Shown piece by piece: positions 36,600 through 47,204 of a stretch of DNA of 64,000 bases. The stretch is from Pristiophorus japonicus. Taxonomy: Eukaryota. Location: assembly GCF_044704955.1 (NCBI RefSeq), contig NC_091993.1, forward strand, positions 116,994,001-117,058,000. Reading direction: 5' to 3'. Position 1 is the first letter of the stretch. The number at the start of each line of letters is the position of its first letter. The notes beneath the pieces were generated by a model. It was not told the origin of the DNA. It did no database searches and was given only the letters and a program-made list of their open reading frames with translations. The translations under genes and the position numbers were made by a program.

Positions 36600-38490
36600 C
36601 AGGAACAGAGAGACATTAGGAGCAGGTGCAGGCCATTTTCCTGCCTTAACACCGTATCCCTCGATACACTTACATTAATATAATCTTTTTTTTTAAATTG
36701 ATCTCAGTCTTGACAGCTCAACTTGTCCCAGCAACCACAGTCTTTTGGGAGAGAGAGTTAAAAATTACTACTACCCTTTGTGTTTAAAAGTGCTTCCTGA
36801 TTTCGCTCCTGAATGGCCAAGCTCTAATTTTAAGATTATGACTCCTTGTTCTTGATTCCCCCACCAGAGGAAATAATCTCTCCACATCTACCCCATCAAA
36901 TCCTTTTAACATTTTAATCACCTTGATTAGATAACCTATCAATCTCCTGCACTGTAGGGAATACAAGCCAGGTTTACGCAACCTGTCCTCATAATAATTA
37001 CCCTCTCAGCCCTGGAATCATTCTGGAGATTTACGCTGCAACTCCTCCAAGGCCAATGTATTCTTCCCGAGGCACGGGGCCCGACACTGAATGCAATACT
37101 CCAGAAGGAGTGTGACCAAAGCTCTATAATACCTGCCCTCCTGTATGGCTCAAAGACGTGGCCCATATACAGCAGGCATCTCAAATCGCTGGAGAAATAC
37201 CACCAACGATGTCTCCGCAAGATCCTGCAAATCCGCTGGGAGGACAGATGCACCAACGTTAATGTCCTCAATCAGGCCAACATCCCCAGCATTGAAGCAC
37301 TGACCACACTCGACCAGTTCCGTTGGGCAGGCCACATTTCCGCATGCCTGACACAAGACTCCCAAAGCAAGCGCTGTACTTGGACTCCTAAACGGCAAGT
37401 GAGACCCAGGTGGGCAGAGGAGGCGTTTTGGGGACACCCTCGAAGCCTTCTCGAAAGGGTGTGGCATCCCCATCGACACCTGGGAATGCCTGGCCAAAGA
37501 CCGCCCTAGGTGGGGGAAGAGTATTCGGGAGGGCGCTAAGCACCTCGAGTATCGTCGCCGAAAGCATGCGGAAAACAGGCGCAGACAGCGGAGGGAGCGG
37601 CAAATCAGTCCCACCCCTCCTTTGCTGAAACGCCTATCGGTTCCACCTGTGACAGAGACTGTAATTCCCGTATTGGACTGTACAGTCCCCTGAGGACTCA
37701 CTTTTAGAATGGAAGCAAGTCTTCCTCGATTTCGAGGGACTGCCTATGATGATGATGATTATACTGAAGCAGAACTTCCTCCCCTTTGTAATGCACCGCC
37801 CTTGAGATAAAGACCAACATTCAATTTGCCTTTTTGATTGCTTTTTTACCTGAGTCCCTAGTTTCTAACTATTTAGAAATACTCTGATGTATCTTGCTTG
37901 GGTCCAAAGTAGATTACTTCATATTTGCCCACGTTGAACTCCATTTGCCATAGTTTTGGCCAGTAACCATCTGCCTATGGCCCTTTGGAATTTTCTGTCA
38001 CTCCTAACTTAATGTCACCTGAAACTTTGGATACACAACTCTCTATTTCTTCATGCAAAACATTAATGTTATGTATTAATGCTTGGGGGTCACAGACACC
38101 AGAGGGCGCTACGGTCGGAGGTCATCGGGCTGTATGCATGTGGCATGTGTGCTTGGTCACCTGTATATAAGCTGTGTGTCTTTGTCAAGCTGGCACTCTT
38201 GGACTGGAATAAAGATGGATCAGGTTTCACCTGAGTAAGTTTACAGTAACCAGACTCTTGAGTCATTACAATTAATAAATATGGTAAAAAGTTGAGGCCC
38301 CAGCACAGATCCCCGGGGATCACCGCTAGACACACCCTGCCAACCTGAGCACCCCTACCCCATGTCCCCCTCTCTGTCTCCTACCTCCCAACTAATTGTC
38401 AACCCAAAGCTACCTCTATTTTCGTGCATTCTCATTTTTGCCAATAATCTCATGTGTGGCACCTTGCCGAATGCCTTCTGGATCTAAACC
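36600..38490 (-). mobile_element. Old CR1 remnants interrupted by an RTE (37127-37760, +) and a solo LTR
   Basis: ORF 36784-36981 is CR1 C-terminus; RTE (GAT)n tail at about 37745-37760. Confidence 0.7.
38067..38270 (+). mobile_element. Solo LTR (204 bp)
   Basis: TGTTA...TTACA ends; ATTAA 5-bp TSD; TATATAA and AATAAA inside. Confidence 0.85.
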
Positions 38491-39199
38491 GATTACATCA
38501 AATATTTAGATTACACTGATTTGATTGAAATGAAAATTCTCTCTCATTAGATGTTCCTATTAACCAATCCTTGTATGAGAGGATAGGCAGTGGACCTGAT
38601 TAGGGGCTGGTGGCAATAATTTTCGATAAGTGACTGCTAGGAACTACAGGCAATATTTGGGCATCCTGTCGTTGGTAACAATATGCAGTTCGTGTGTATA
38701 TCGCAAATTGCTGACCTCAAAGTATCTTGTGAAGTTGCTTATTCAAATATTATTCATGAATTCCCTGTATGGACCGGGCACAATTCAGGGGACATAATGT
38801 CTGACCGGAATGATATCCGACACAGCAGCAGATTTAAAGGGATGTTGTACCAGTATTTAATGTACCCATTTAATTGAGCTGCCAAACTACCCTACATAGA
38901 AACATAGAAAGATAGAAAATAGATATAGGAGTAGGCCATTCAGCCCTTCGAGCCTGCATCATCATTCAATATGATCATGGCTGATCATGCAACTTCAGTA
39001 TCCCATTCCTGCTTTCTCTGCTCCTCTGAAGCCCTCACAAGAAGCAGAATACAGCCAGAGCCAGGATGTGAGTGACCACTTTACAGGCACACCAAACGTG
39101 GACAACACAGGAAAATTGGTTCCCTTTTGGTGCAGGATAGCAATGAGGAATAAATGCAACATGAAGATAGGAGGGTTAAGTCACTTTCTTTGTCGTACT

Positions 39200-41047
39200 G
39201 GTTATGTTTTCGGTATGACCGTACGAACTCACAGGCTTTAAAATGGCTGCTAACTTCAGGAATGTTCTCTCCCGAGTAGCCTCGCAACTCTATCTTGGAT
39301 TGCTCCAGTGGGAAATCATGCAATTTATTGAGGAATAGCAATTCCGGTGCTACACTCACGGATGCACCAGTGTCGATTTCCATGGGTATCTTGGTTCCTG
39401 CAACATCTACATGGCTGTTGATACATTTTGAATCGCTGTTAGATACCCTCATGCTCCTGATAATGTGTAGCTCTAAAACCTCCTCGTCCTGTTGTTTTTC
39501 TTCCATGCTATGTAGTCTCTGGGGATTTCTACTTATAGCTTTGAAAGTTGGTTTACTCTTCAGTCGGCATGCCTTCGCAGGATGCCCAGTTTTCCTGCAG
39601 AAGAAACACTCTTCCTTCACATATGGACAACTTTGAGCAATGGGTTGTCCCAGGCATCGATAGCAGGACTTCAATGCTCTGTTACCCTTGCCAGTTGCTG
39701 AAACCTTAGGGCCCAACTGCCTTTTACTTTTAACCTGCAGGCGATTCACCTCGGTTGTCTGACCACCGAAAATAGTATGAAATTCTCGGGAACATTGGTT
39801 GACCATGTCCATTGACATAGCTGTCTGACACGCTAATCAAAAGTCAAGTTAGGCGATGTCAATAACTTTCTTCTGATCGCATCATTTTTCATCCCACAAA
39901 CAAAGCGGTCACGCAATGCTCGGTCCTGAAAGTTTCCAAAATTACTGTGAATAGATAGCTTCTTTAATGTTACAATGTACTCACTGATACTTTCTTCGGT
40001 TAACTGATCTCGTATTCCGAAATGATAACTTTCAGCAATTTCCAGGGGCTCAGGACTGTAGTGCTGTTCTAACCTAGTTGATGTGTTCTTTGGCTTGACG
40101 GGCACAGGCAAATTTTCAGGGTTTACATAGAAACAGAGAAACATAGAAAATAGGTGCAGGAGTGGGCCATTCGGCCCTTCGAGCCTGCACCACCATTCAA
40201 TATGATCATGGCTGATTATTTTTGCAATTTCAGTCTTCCATTTCTGCTTTCTCTCCTTACCCCTTGATCCCTTTAGCCGTAAGGGCCACATCTAGCTCCC
40301 TTTTGAATATATCTAACGAACTGGCCTCAACAACTTTCTGCGATAGAGAATTCCACAGGTTCACAATTCTCTGAGTGAAGAAGTTTCTTCTCGTCTCGGT
40401 CCTAAATGGCTTACCCCTTATCCTTAGACTGTGACTCCTGGTTCTGGACTTCCCCAACATCGGGAACATTTTTCCTGCATCTAACCTGTCCAATCCTGTC
40501 AGAATTTTATATGTTTCTATGAGATCCCTCTTCATACACCTCGGGCCCTGCTTCAGTTAAAAAAATAGCCCGTGGTCTTTCTAACACCACCCGGTTATGG
40601 TTTTCATCATTTGGGACTTTGATGATATTATTTGCAGTGATAAACATTTCTAGCCACTCCACAAATGCTCCGAAACTTTCATGGTTGCATTGAAACTTCC
40701 CCAAGCGCCCTATTATTCCCATAGGCACGGCCATCTGAACTCTGGCAGTTCAGCCAAGTGTGCTTGTAATTTTCCTTGGATTTTTAGCTGTTAATCAAAA
40801 CAGAGAAGCTCTCAAAGTCTCTCTGTCAGATGGCTGAATCAGCCACCAACAAAAATTTCAGCTAGGTTATCCTATTATCCCATCCTCATCGCCAATGTTA
40901 TGTTTTCAGTTTGACATCACAAACACGCAGATGTAAGATGGCTGATAGCTTCAGGAAGCCTGTCAGGTGACCTGACCTGTTTATTCTTGTAAACAGCACT
41001 GGCTGCAATGCCACAGTAGTCCACTGGGTGGAGCTATATCTATTACA
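39200..41047 (-). mobile_element. Internally deleted Gypsy element (LTR 40896-41047, PBS, gag, protease) with a CR1 3' fragment at about 40125-40530 inserted in gag
   Basis: PBS TGGCGATGAGG; LRDRFVCG; CFFCRKTGHPAKAC knuckle; IDTGA protease; partial diverged LTR-like piece 39200-39262. Confidence 0.85.
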
Positions 41048-41279
41048 GTACAGATGCAGCGTCCCAAATCCGGAACCCTCTGGACCGAGGCCGTTTCAGA
41101 TTTTGCGTTTTTCTGGGCTTTGGAACATCTTTCTGACGTCACAAATCTGGAAACACCTGAGCCCGGGTTTGGACATTTCCGGATTTCGGAATGTTAGAAA
41201 GGTGGGGGTTGCTCTCCGAAGAGCTGTTTGGGTCGCCGACCCATCCAGGAGGACGTCGGGCGGGGCTCAGCCGCCGAGG

Positions 41280-42215
41280 AGTTGTTCGGGCGGACCCCGC
41301 CGCCATGGTGATATTTGGGCAGGCCCCACTGACAAGGAGGTGTTCGGGCGGGCCCCGTCGAGGTGGTGATGTTTGGGTGGGCCCCCGTCGCCATGGTGAT
41401 ATTTGGGCAGGCCCCACTGACAAGGAGGTGTTCGGGCGGGCCCCGTCGAGGTGGTGATGTTTGGGTGGGCCCCCGTCGCCATGGTGATATTTGGGCAGGC
41501 CCCACTGACAAGGAGGTGTTCGGGCGGGCCCCGTCGAGGTGGTGATGTTTGGGTGGGCCCCCGTCGCCATGGTGATATTTGGGCAGGCCCCACTGACAAG
41601 GAGGTGTTCGGGCGGGCCCCGTCGAGGTGGTGATGTTTGGGTGGGCCCCCGTCGCCATGGTGATATTTGGGCAGGCCCCACTGACAAGGAGGTGTTTGGG
41701 CGGGCCCCGCCGAGGAGGAGGTGTCAGGCGGGCCCCGCCGAGGAGGAGGTGTCGGGCGGGCCCCATCGAGGTGGAGGTGTTTGGGCGGGCCCCGCCGAGG
41801 AGGAGGTGTCGGGTGGGCCCCATCGAGGTGGAGGTGTCGGGCGGGCCCTGCCGAGGAGGAGGTGTCGGGCGGGCCCCGCCGAGGAGGAGGTGTCGGGCGG
41901 GACCCACCGAGGTGGAGGTGTCGGGCGGGCCCCGCCGAGGTGGAGGTGTCGGGCGGGCCCCATCGAGGTGGAGGTGTCGGGCGGGCCCCGCCGAGGAGGA
42001 GGTGTCGGGCAGCCCCGCCGAGGAGGAGGTGTCGGGCGGGCCCCGCCGAGGAGGAGGTGTCGGGCGGGCCCTGCCGAGGTGGAGGTGTCGGGCAGGCCCC
42101 GCCGAGGAGGAGGTGTCGGGCAGGCCCCGCCGAGGAGGAGGTGTCGGGCAGGCCCCGCCGAGGAGGAGGTGTCGGGCAGGCCCCGCCGAGGAGGAGGTGT
42201 CGGGCGGGCCCCGTC
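41280..42215 (+). repeat. GC-rich minisatellite: about 4.7 x 88-bp higher-order units, then about 18 x 28-bp monomers
   Basis: Period 88 (41363, 41451, 41539, 41627); monomer GTCGGGCGGGCCCCGCCGAGGAGGAGGT. Confidence 0.95.
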
Positions 42216-42434
42216 GCCAAGGAAGTGTTTGGACTGGCAGGCTCCGTCGCAGAGGAGGTGTTGGGGCCGGCCGATGAGGAGACCCTGAGGTAAGGGCAGC
42301 GGCGGCGGGCGGGGCGAGGATAGTGGAGGCGAGGCCCAAGGTCGGGCAGCAGCGGGGCCCCGAGTTCGACAGGGTTGGCGGGTCCAGATTCCGCAACATT
42401 TTACCGATTCCGGACGAACCTGCCACCAATCAGT

Positions 42435-44048
42435 AAGATAATGGGATTAAAGGCAGATAAATCCCCTGGACCTTATGGGTTGCGTCCTCGGGTCTTAAGA
42501 GCAGTAACAGCAGGGATTGTAGATGCATTGGTTGTAATTTACCAAAATTCCTTGGATTCTGGGGAGGTCCCAGCAGATTGGAAAATGGCAAATGTGACGC
42601 CCCTATTTAAAAAAGGAGGCAGACAAAAAGCAGGAAACTATAGACTAGTTAGCCTAACACCTGTGGTTGGGAAAATGTTGACGTCCATTATTCAAGAAGC
42701 AGTAGCAGGACATTTAGAAAAGCAAAATTCGGTCAGGTAGAGTCAGCATGGATTTATGAAGGGGAAGTCATGTTTGACAAATTTGCTGGAATTCTTTGAG
42801 GATGTAACAAACAGTGTGGATAAAGGAGAACCAGTGGATATGGTGTATTTGGACTTCCAGAAGGTATTTGACAAGGTGCCACATAAAAGGTTATTATACA
42901 AGATAACAGTTCACGGGGTTGGGGGTAATATATTAGCATGGATAGAGGATTGGCTAACTAACAGAGAACAGAGAGTGGGGATAAATGGTTAATTCTCTGG
43001 TTGGCAACCAGTAACTAGTGGGGTGCCTCAAGGATCAGTGATGGGACCCCAACTATTTACAATCTATATTAACGACTTGGAAGAAGAGACTGAGTGTAAC
43101 GTAGCCAAGTTTGATGACGATACAAAGATGGGAGGAAAAGCGATGTGTGAGGAGGACACAAAAAATCTGCACAAGGACATAGACAGGCTAAGTGAGTGGG
43201 CAAAAATTTGACAGATGGAGTATAATGTTGGAAAGTGTGAGGTCAAGCACTTTGGCAGAAAAAAAATCAAAGAGCAAGTTATTATTTAAATGGAGAAAGA
43301 TTGCAAAGTGCCGCAGTACAGCGGGACCTGGGGGTACTTGTGCATGAAACACAAAAGGATAGTATGCAGCTACAGCAAGTGATCAGGAAGGCCAATGGTA
43401 TCTTGGCCTTTATTGTAAAGGGGATGGAATATAAAAGCAGGGAAGTCTTGCTACAACTATACAGGGTATTGGTGAGGCCACACCTGGAATACAGCGTGCA
43501 GTTTTGGTTTCCATATTTACGAAAGGATATACTTTCTTTGGAGGCAGTTCACAGAAGGTTCACTAGGTTGATTCCGGAGATGAGGGGGTTGACTTATGAG
43601 GAAAGGTTGAGTAGGTTGGGCCTCTACTCATTGGAATTCAGAACAATGAGAGGTGATCTTATCGAAATGTATCAGATTATGAGGGGGCTTGACAAGGTGG
43701 ATGCAGAGAGGATGTTTCCACTGATGGGGGAGACTAGAACTAGAGGGCATGATCTTAGAATAAGGCGCCGCCCATTTAAAATAGAGATGAGGAGAAATTT
43801 CTTCTCTCAGAGGGTTGCAAATCTGTGGAATTTGCTGCCTCAGAGAGCTGTGGAAGCTGGGACATTGAATAAATTTAAGACATAAATAAACAGTTTCTTA
43901 AACGATAAGTGGATAAGGGGTTATGGGGAGCGGGCAGGGAGGTGGAGTTGAGTCCATGATCAGATCAGCCACGATCTTATTGAATGGTGGAGCAGGCTCG
44001 AGGGGCCGAATGGCCTCCTCCTGTTCCTATTTCTTATGTTCCTATGTT
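42435..44048 (+). mobile_element. CR1 LINE, 5'-truncated and decayed
   Basis: RT ORF pieces 42440-43885; TTCTTATG tail; CAATC(A/G)GT TSD. Confidence 0.9.
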
Positions 44049-44116
44049 CAATCGGTCCGGATTCCAGTATATTCCGGATTCCGGAGCTCTGGATTTTGGA
44101 CGCTCAACCTGTATTA

Positions 44117-44290
44117 CAAAAGCAAAATACTGCAGATGCTGGAATCTGGAATAAAAACAGAAAATGCTGGAAATTGCAGTAGGTCAGGCAGCATCTGTGG
44201 AGAGAAAGCAGAGTCATCGGCCCGAAACGTTAAGTCTGCTTTCTCTCTCCACAGATGCTGCCTGACCTGCTGAGATTTCCAGCATTTTCT
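44117..44290. repeat. Fold-back Penelope-like element with about 55-bp inverted arms
   Basis: 44159-44212 is the reverse complement of 44235-44290; loop contains CCCGAAACGTTAA. Confidence 0.65.
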
Positions 44291-45122
44291 ATATTACAGT
44301 ACTGTCGGTTTGTCAACTAAGTTAAAGGTGTGATCTGTGCACACTGGTGTCACTGGGGAATTGGGAAATCTTCATAGAGGGGTTGTAGGGATAGTCATGA
44401 AAAAAAGCCCAGGTGGAGAATCATCAGCTCTGAGCTGGCACTGAGAAATATGATCATATAAATCCAAGTAAACTCACAAGTCACAACGTAAATGGTATAA
44501 AAAAACAATTCAATTATTTGAGCTTCAGAATCTGGGTGAAGCGCAAGGTGGAGACATACCCGAGATTCTGATGCAATTCATTTCTTGGTAGCATCTGACC
44601 TTTTAGAAGAGTGAGATATTTTTTATATTTAAATATAGTTGAACTGAAATAACGGCTGTGGCTATTTTTTTTTCAAAAGTGCTTCTGATCTACACACTGA
44701 TATTTCACACAGTTTGCATTTTAAGAGGCAAATGACGTCTAGGTTCAACTTTTTTCGACGCAGTCTGTAGAGGGAATCCCTGTGACACTCCTCTGGTTTG
44801 TTTTACTAAGCTAAAGCAGCTATATTAAATTGTTGCTGTAACCCTAAGAGAAATGCAGCTAGTCTCTTGGCATTGATGAGGAGCTAGAGTTTCTGGTAGG
44901 ATGGAGCAGCAACAGGGCAGAAAGAATCAGATGCAGTGGGAAAGGTCAGAGAGAAGGAAAGGCGGATTGCAGAAGCTCATGGTATTGCAACAACTTGCAA
45001 GACTGTGAGTGGTTTATCCGTAGCTCAGCACGTCCAACGGCAGGTTGCTCAGTCAGTAGAAGCTGCTGATTACAAAAGTACTTCTTAAACACTGAAGAAC
45101 GAGATTGAAAAAGAAGACTTAC

Positions 45123-45162
45123 TTGATACAGACGTAAGAATCAAAAGAGCAATTAATTCCAT
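45123..45162 (-). CDS. CD300/pIgR-like receptor, exon 1 (signal peptide MELIALLILTSVS)
   Basis: ATG at 45162; 13 hydrophobic codons +1 nt; GTAAGT donor at 45122-45117; phase 1 joins the Ig exon (A+GT=Ser). Confidence 0.8.
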
Positions 45163-45260
45163 CGTCCTGGCCTGTTTCTGGTGGGTGAATTCGCCATGCG
45201 CAGACATCGCAAATCAACTGTGCTGTGTTTGAGACGGTTGTTTCCTATATGGTATTTGCG

Positions 45261-45312
45261 TAGGTCACTTCCTTATTCACAGAGCAGTCTGCTAGAACAC
45301 TTCCTGTTTCCC
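45261..45312 (-). promoter_or_regulatory. Candidate ETS/PU.1 sites upstream of exon 1
   Basis: Two GGAAGTG cores (45266-45274, 45298-45306) 100-145 bp upstream of the ATG; motif match only. Confidence 0.4.
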
Positions 45313-45743
45313 AAATTTCATTATATGCAGAGGTCTGGGGCCTACAGGAGGAACCGAATCTGCCCAGCCCAGCCATCTAAAGGACTGGGTTATTATTCTC
45401 AGTGGTTTGGGCCACTTTCCATAACATTCAGAGATTTAGATGTAAAGTGGTGCGAACTGTTTCATTTTCAGGCTTATTTATGGAAAACGACAATACACTG
45501 CGCTCTCCAACATTTGCCCACAGATTCCGTTTAAAGTCTCCCAATTTATTGTGTCATCCACAAGGCATTGCCCCAAACAGCCCCTGGAAAGGCTGAAGTA
45601 TATACGTTTTGAATATATCCAGTATATTTTAAAGGCTAACAATATGTTTGCCCCGTTTAAATAACTGTTAGCTATTGGACCCGTCACATGCACATCCTGG
45701 GCCATGTGGGAGCCCCAGAACACTTTGCGGGTCCTGAAGAACC

Positions 45744-46512
45744 ATCATCATAGGCAGTCCCTCGGAATCGAGGAAGACTTGCTTCCATTCTAAAAATGAC
45801 TCCTTAGGTTGCTGAACAGTCCAATACAAGAACCACAGTCCCTGTCACAGGTGGGACAGATAGTCATTGAGGGCAAGGGTGGGTGGGACAGGTTTGCCGC
45901 ACGCTCTTTCCACTGCCTGCTCTCGGCGATGAGACTCGAGGTGCTCAGCGCCCTCCCGGATGCTCTTCCTCCACTTAGGGCGGCCTTTGGCCAGGAATTC
46001 CCAGGTGCCAGTGGGGATCTTGCACTTGATCAGGGAGGCTTTGAGGGTGTCCTTGTAACGTTTCCTCTGCTCACCTTTGGCTCGTTTGCCATGAAGGAGT
46101 TCCGAGTAGAGCGCTTGCTTTAGGAGTCTCGTGTCTGGCATGCGAACCATATGGCCTGCCCAGCGGAGCTGATCGAGTGTGTCGCCGCACAGCATTGCCC
46201 CCCAGTCATCAAGATCCACGGCGCGGCCCTGGACAACGTGGACCATTTCCCATACCTCGGGAGCCTCTTACCAACAAGAGCAGACACTGACAACGAGATT
46301 CAACACTGCCTCCAGTGCGCCAGTGCAGCCTTCAGCCGCTTGAGGAAAAGAGTGTTTGAAGACCAGGCCCTCAAATCTGCTATCATACTCATGGTCTACA
46401 GGGCTGTAGTAATACCCGCCCTCCTGTATGGCTCAGAGACATGGACCATGTACAGTAGACACCTCAAGTCGCTGGAGAAATACCACCAACGATGTCTCCA
46501 CAAGATCCTGAA
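45744..46512. mobile_element. RTE LINE with 5' inversion (minus 45744-46178, plus 46180-46512)
   Basis: (CAT)n tail at left; opposite-strand RTE ORF pieces. Confidence 0.8.
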
Positions 46513-46514
46513 AA

Positions 46515-46765
46515 ACCACATCGACAGGAGGTGGCACCGACTGCTTGGGTTTCTGAGCTTGAGGGGCGGCTGGCTTTGTGACAGGGCATGCGGGAAGCTG
46601 AGTGTTTTGAGGATAGCACATCTCAGGATGATGGTCGTCCCGCAGATGCAGAGAGCTCAGGAGAGGGAGTGGGCGATTAGCAGGGAGACTAGGAGGATCA
46701 GGCAGGCAGTGTAGGAATCCCCTGGGAGTGTGTCACTCAGAACCTGGTATTCAGTGTTGAATACC
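46515..46765 (+). mobile_element. Degenerate CR1 ORF1 fragment
   Basis: VSELEGRL, QEREW, SLRTWYSVLNT resemble the ORF1 at 51500-51904. Confidence 0.5.
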
Positions 46766-47204
46766 AGTCAGGGTCACCCAGTTGCCCACTTCAAAATCGT
46801 CGTACACTTGGAACAGCTCGCGCTGGAAGCTGCAGTGTTATGCTCCAGCTCTTTTATAACCCGCCCTGCGGAGGTGTTAAGAGCTGGAATGTATAAGCAG
46901 GTCAACAACAGCAGTGATTTTGCATGGCGGAGGTGAGGTGAATGTTTGTGGTGGAGGAGCCGCGAGAGATCGTGGCGGAGCTGCGGCAAATGAGGGTACA
47001 GGGCCCAGAAGAGCCGAGGGCCCAGGGGCAGAACGGGTCTGCCAACACTGCAATATGTGTGCGCACTAGCTCCATGCAGCAGAGCAGGCCTCCAGTCATC
47101 CTGGTTTACCCTTGCCACTGGATAAAGGCCTAGCTCTGTCAAGCCCGTGTGGTGACTGGTGTGCAACGGTCACCACACGTGAAAAATATCCACGCACAGG
47201 CTAT

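Larger units (their letters stand above)
41051..44111. mobile_element. Tigger/pogo-like non-autonomous DNA transposon carrying a minisatellite and a CR1 insertion
   Basis: TA-flanked imperfect TIRs CAGATGCAGCGTCCCAAATCC / GGATTTTGGACGCTCAACCTG. Confidence 0.65.

Noticed and set aside
41280-42215. Regular repeats resembling a CRISPR array; long Pro/Gly/Arg ORFs (e.g. 41194-42429)
   Set aside because: No unique spacers, no cas genes, eukaryotic context; the ORFs are by-products of a stop-free GC-rich tandem repeat
46765-47200. Repeat-like GC-richer segment of unknown class
   Set aside because: No termini, TSD or coding motif that I can support
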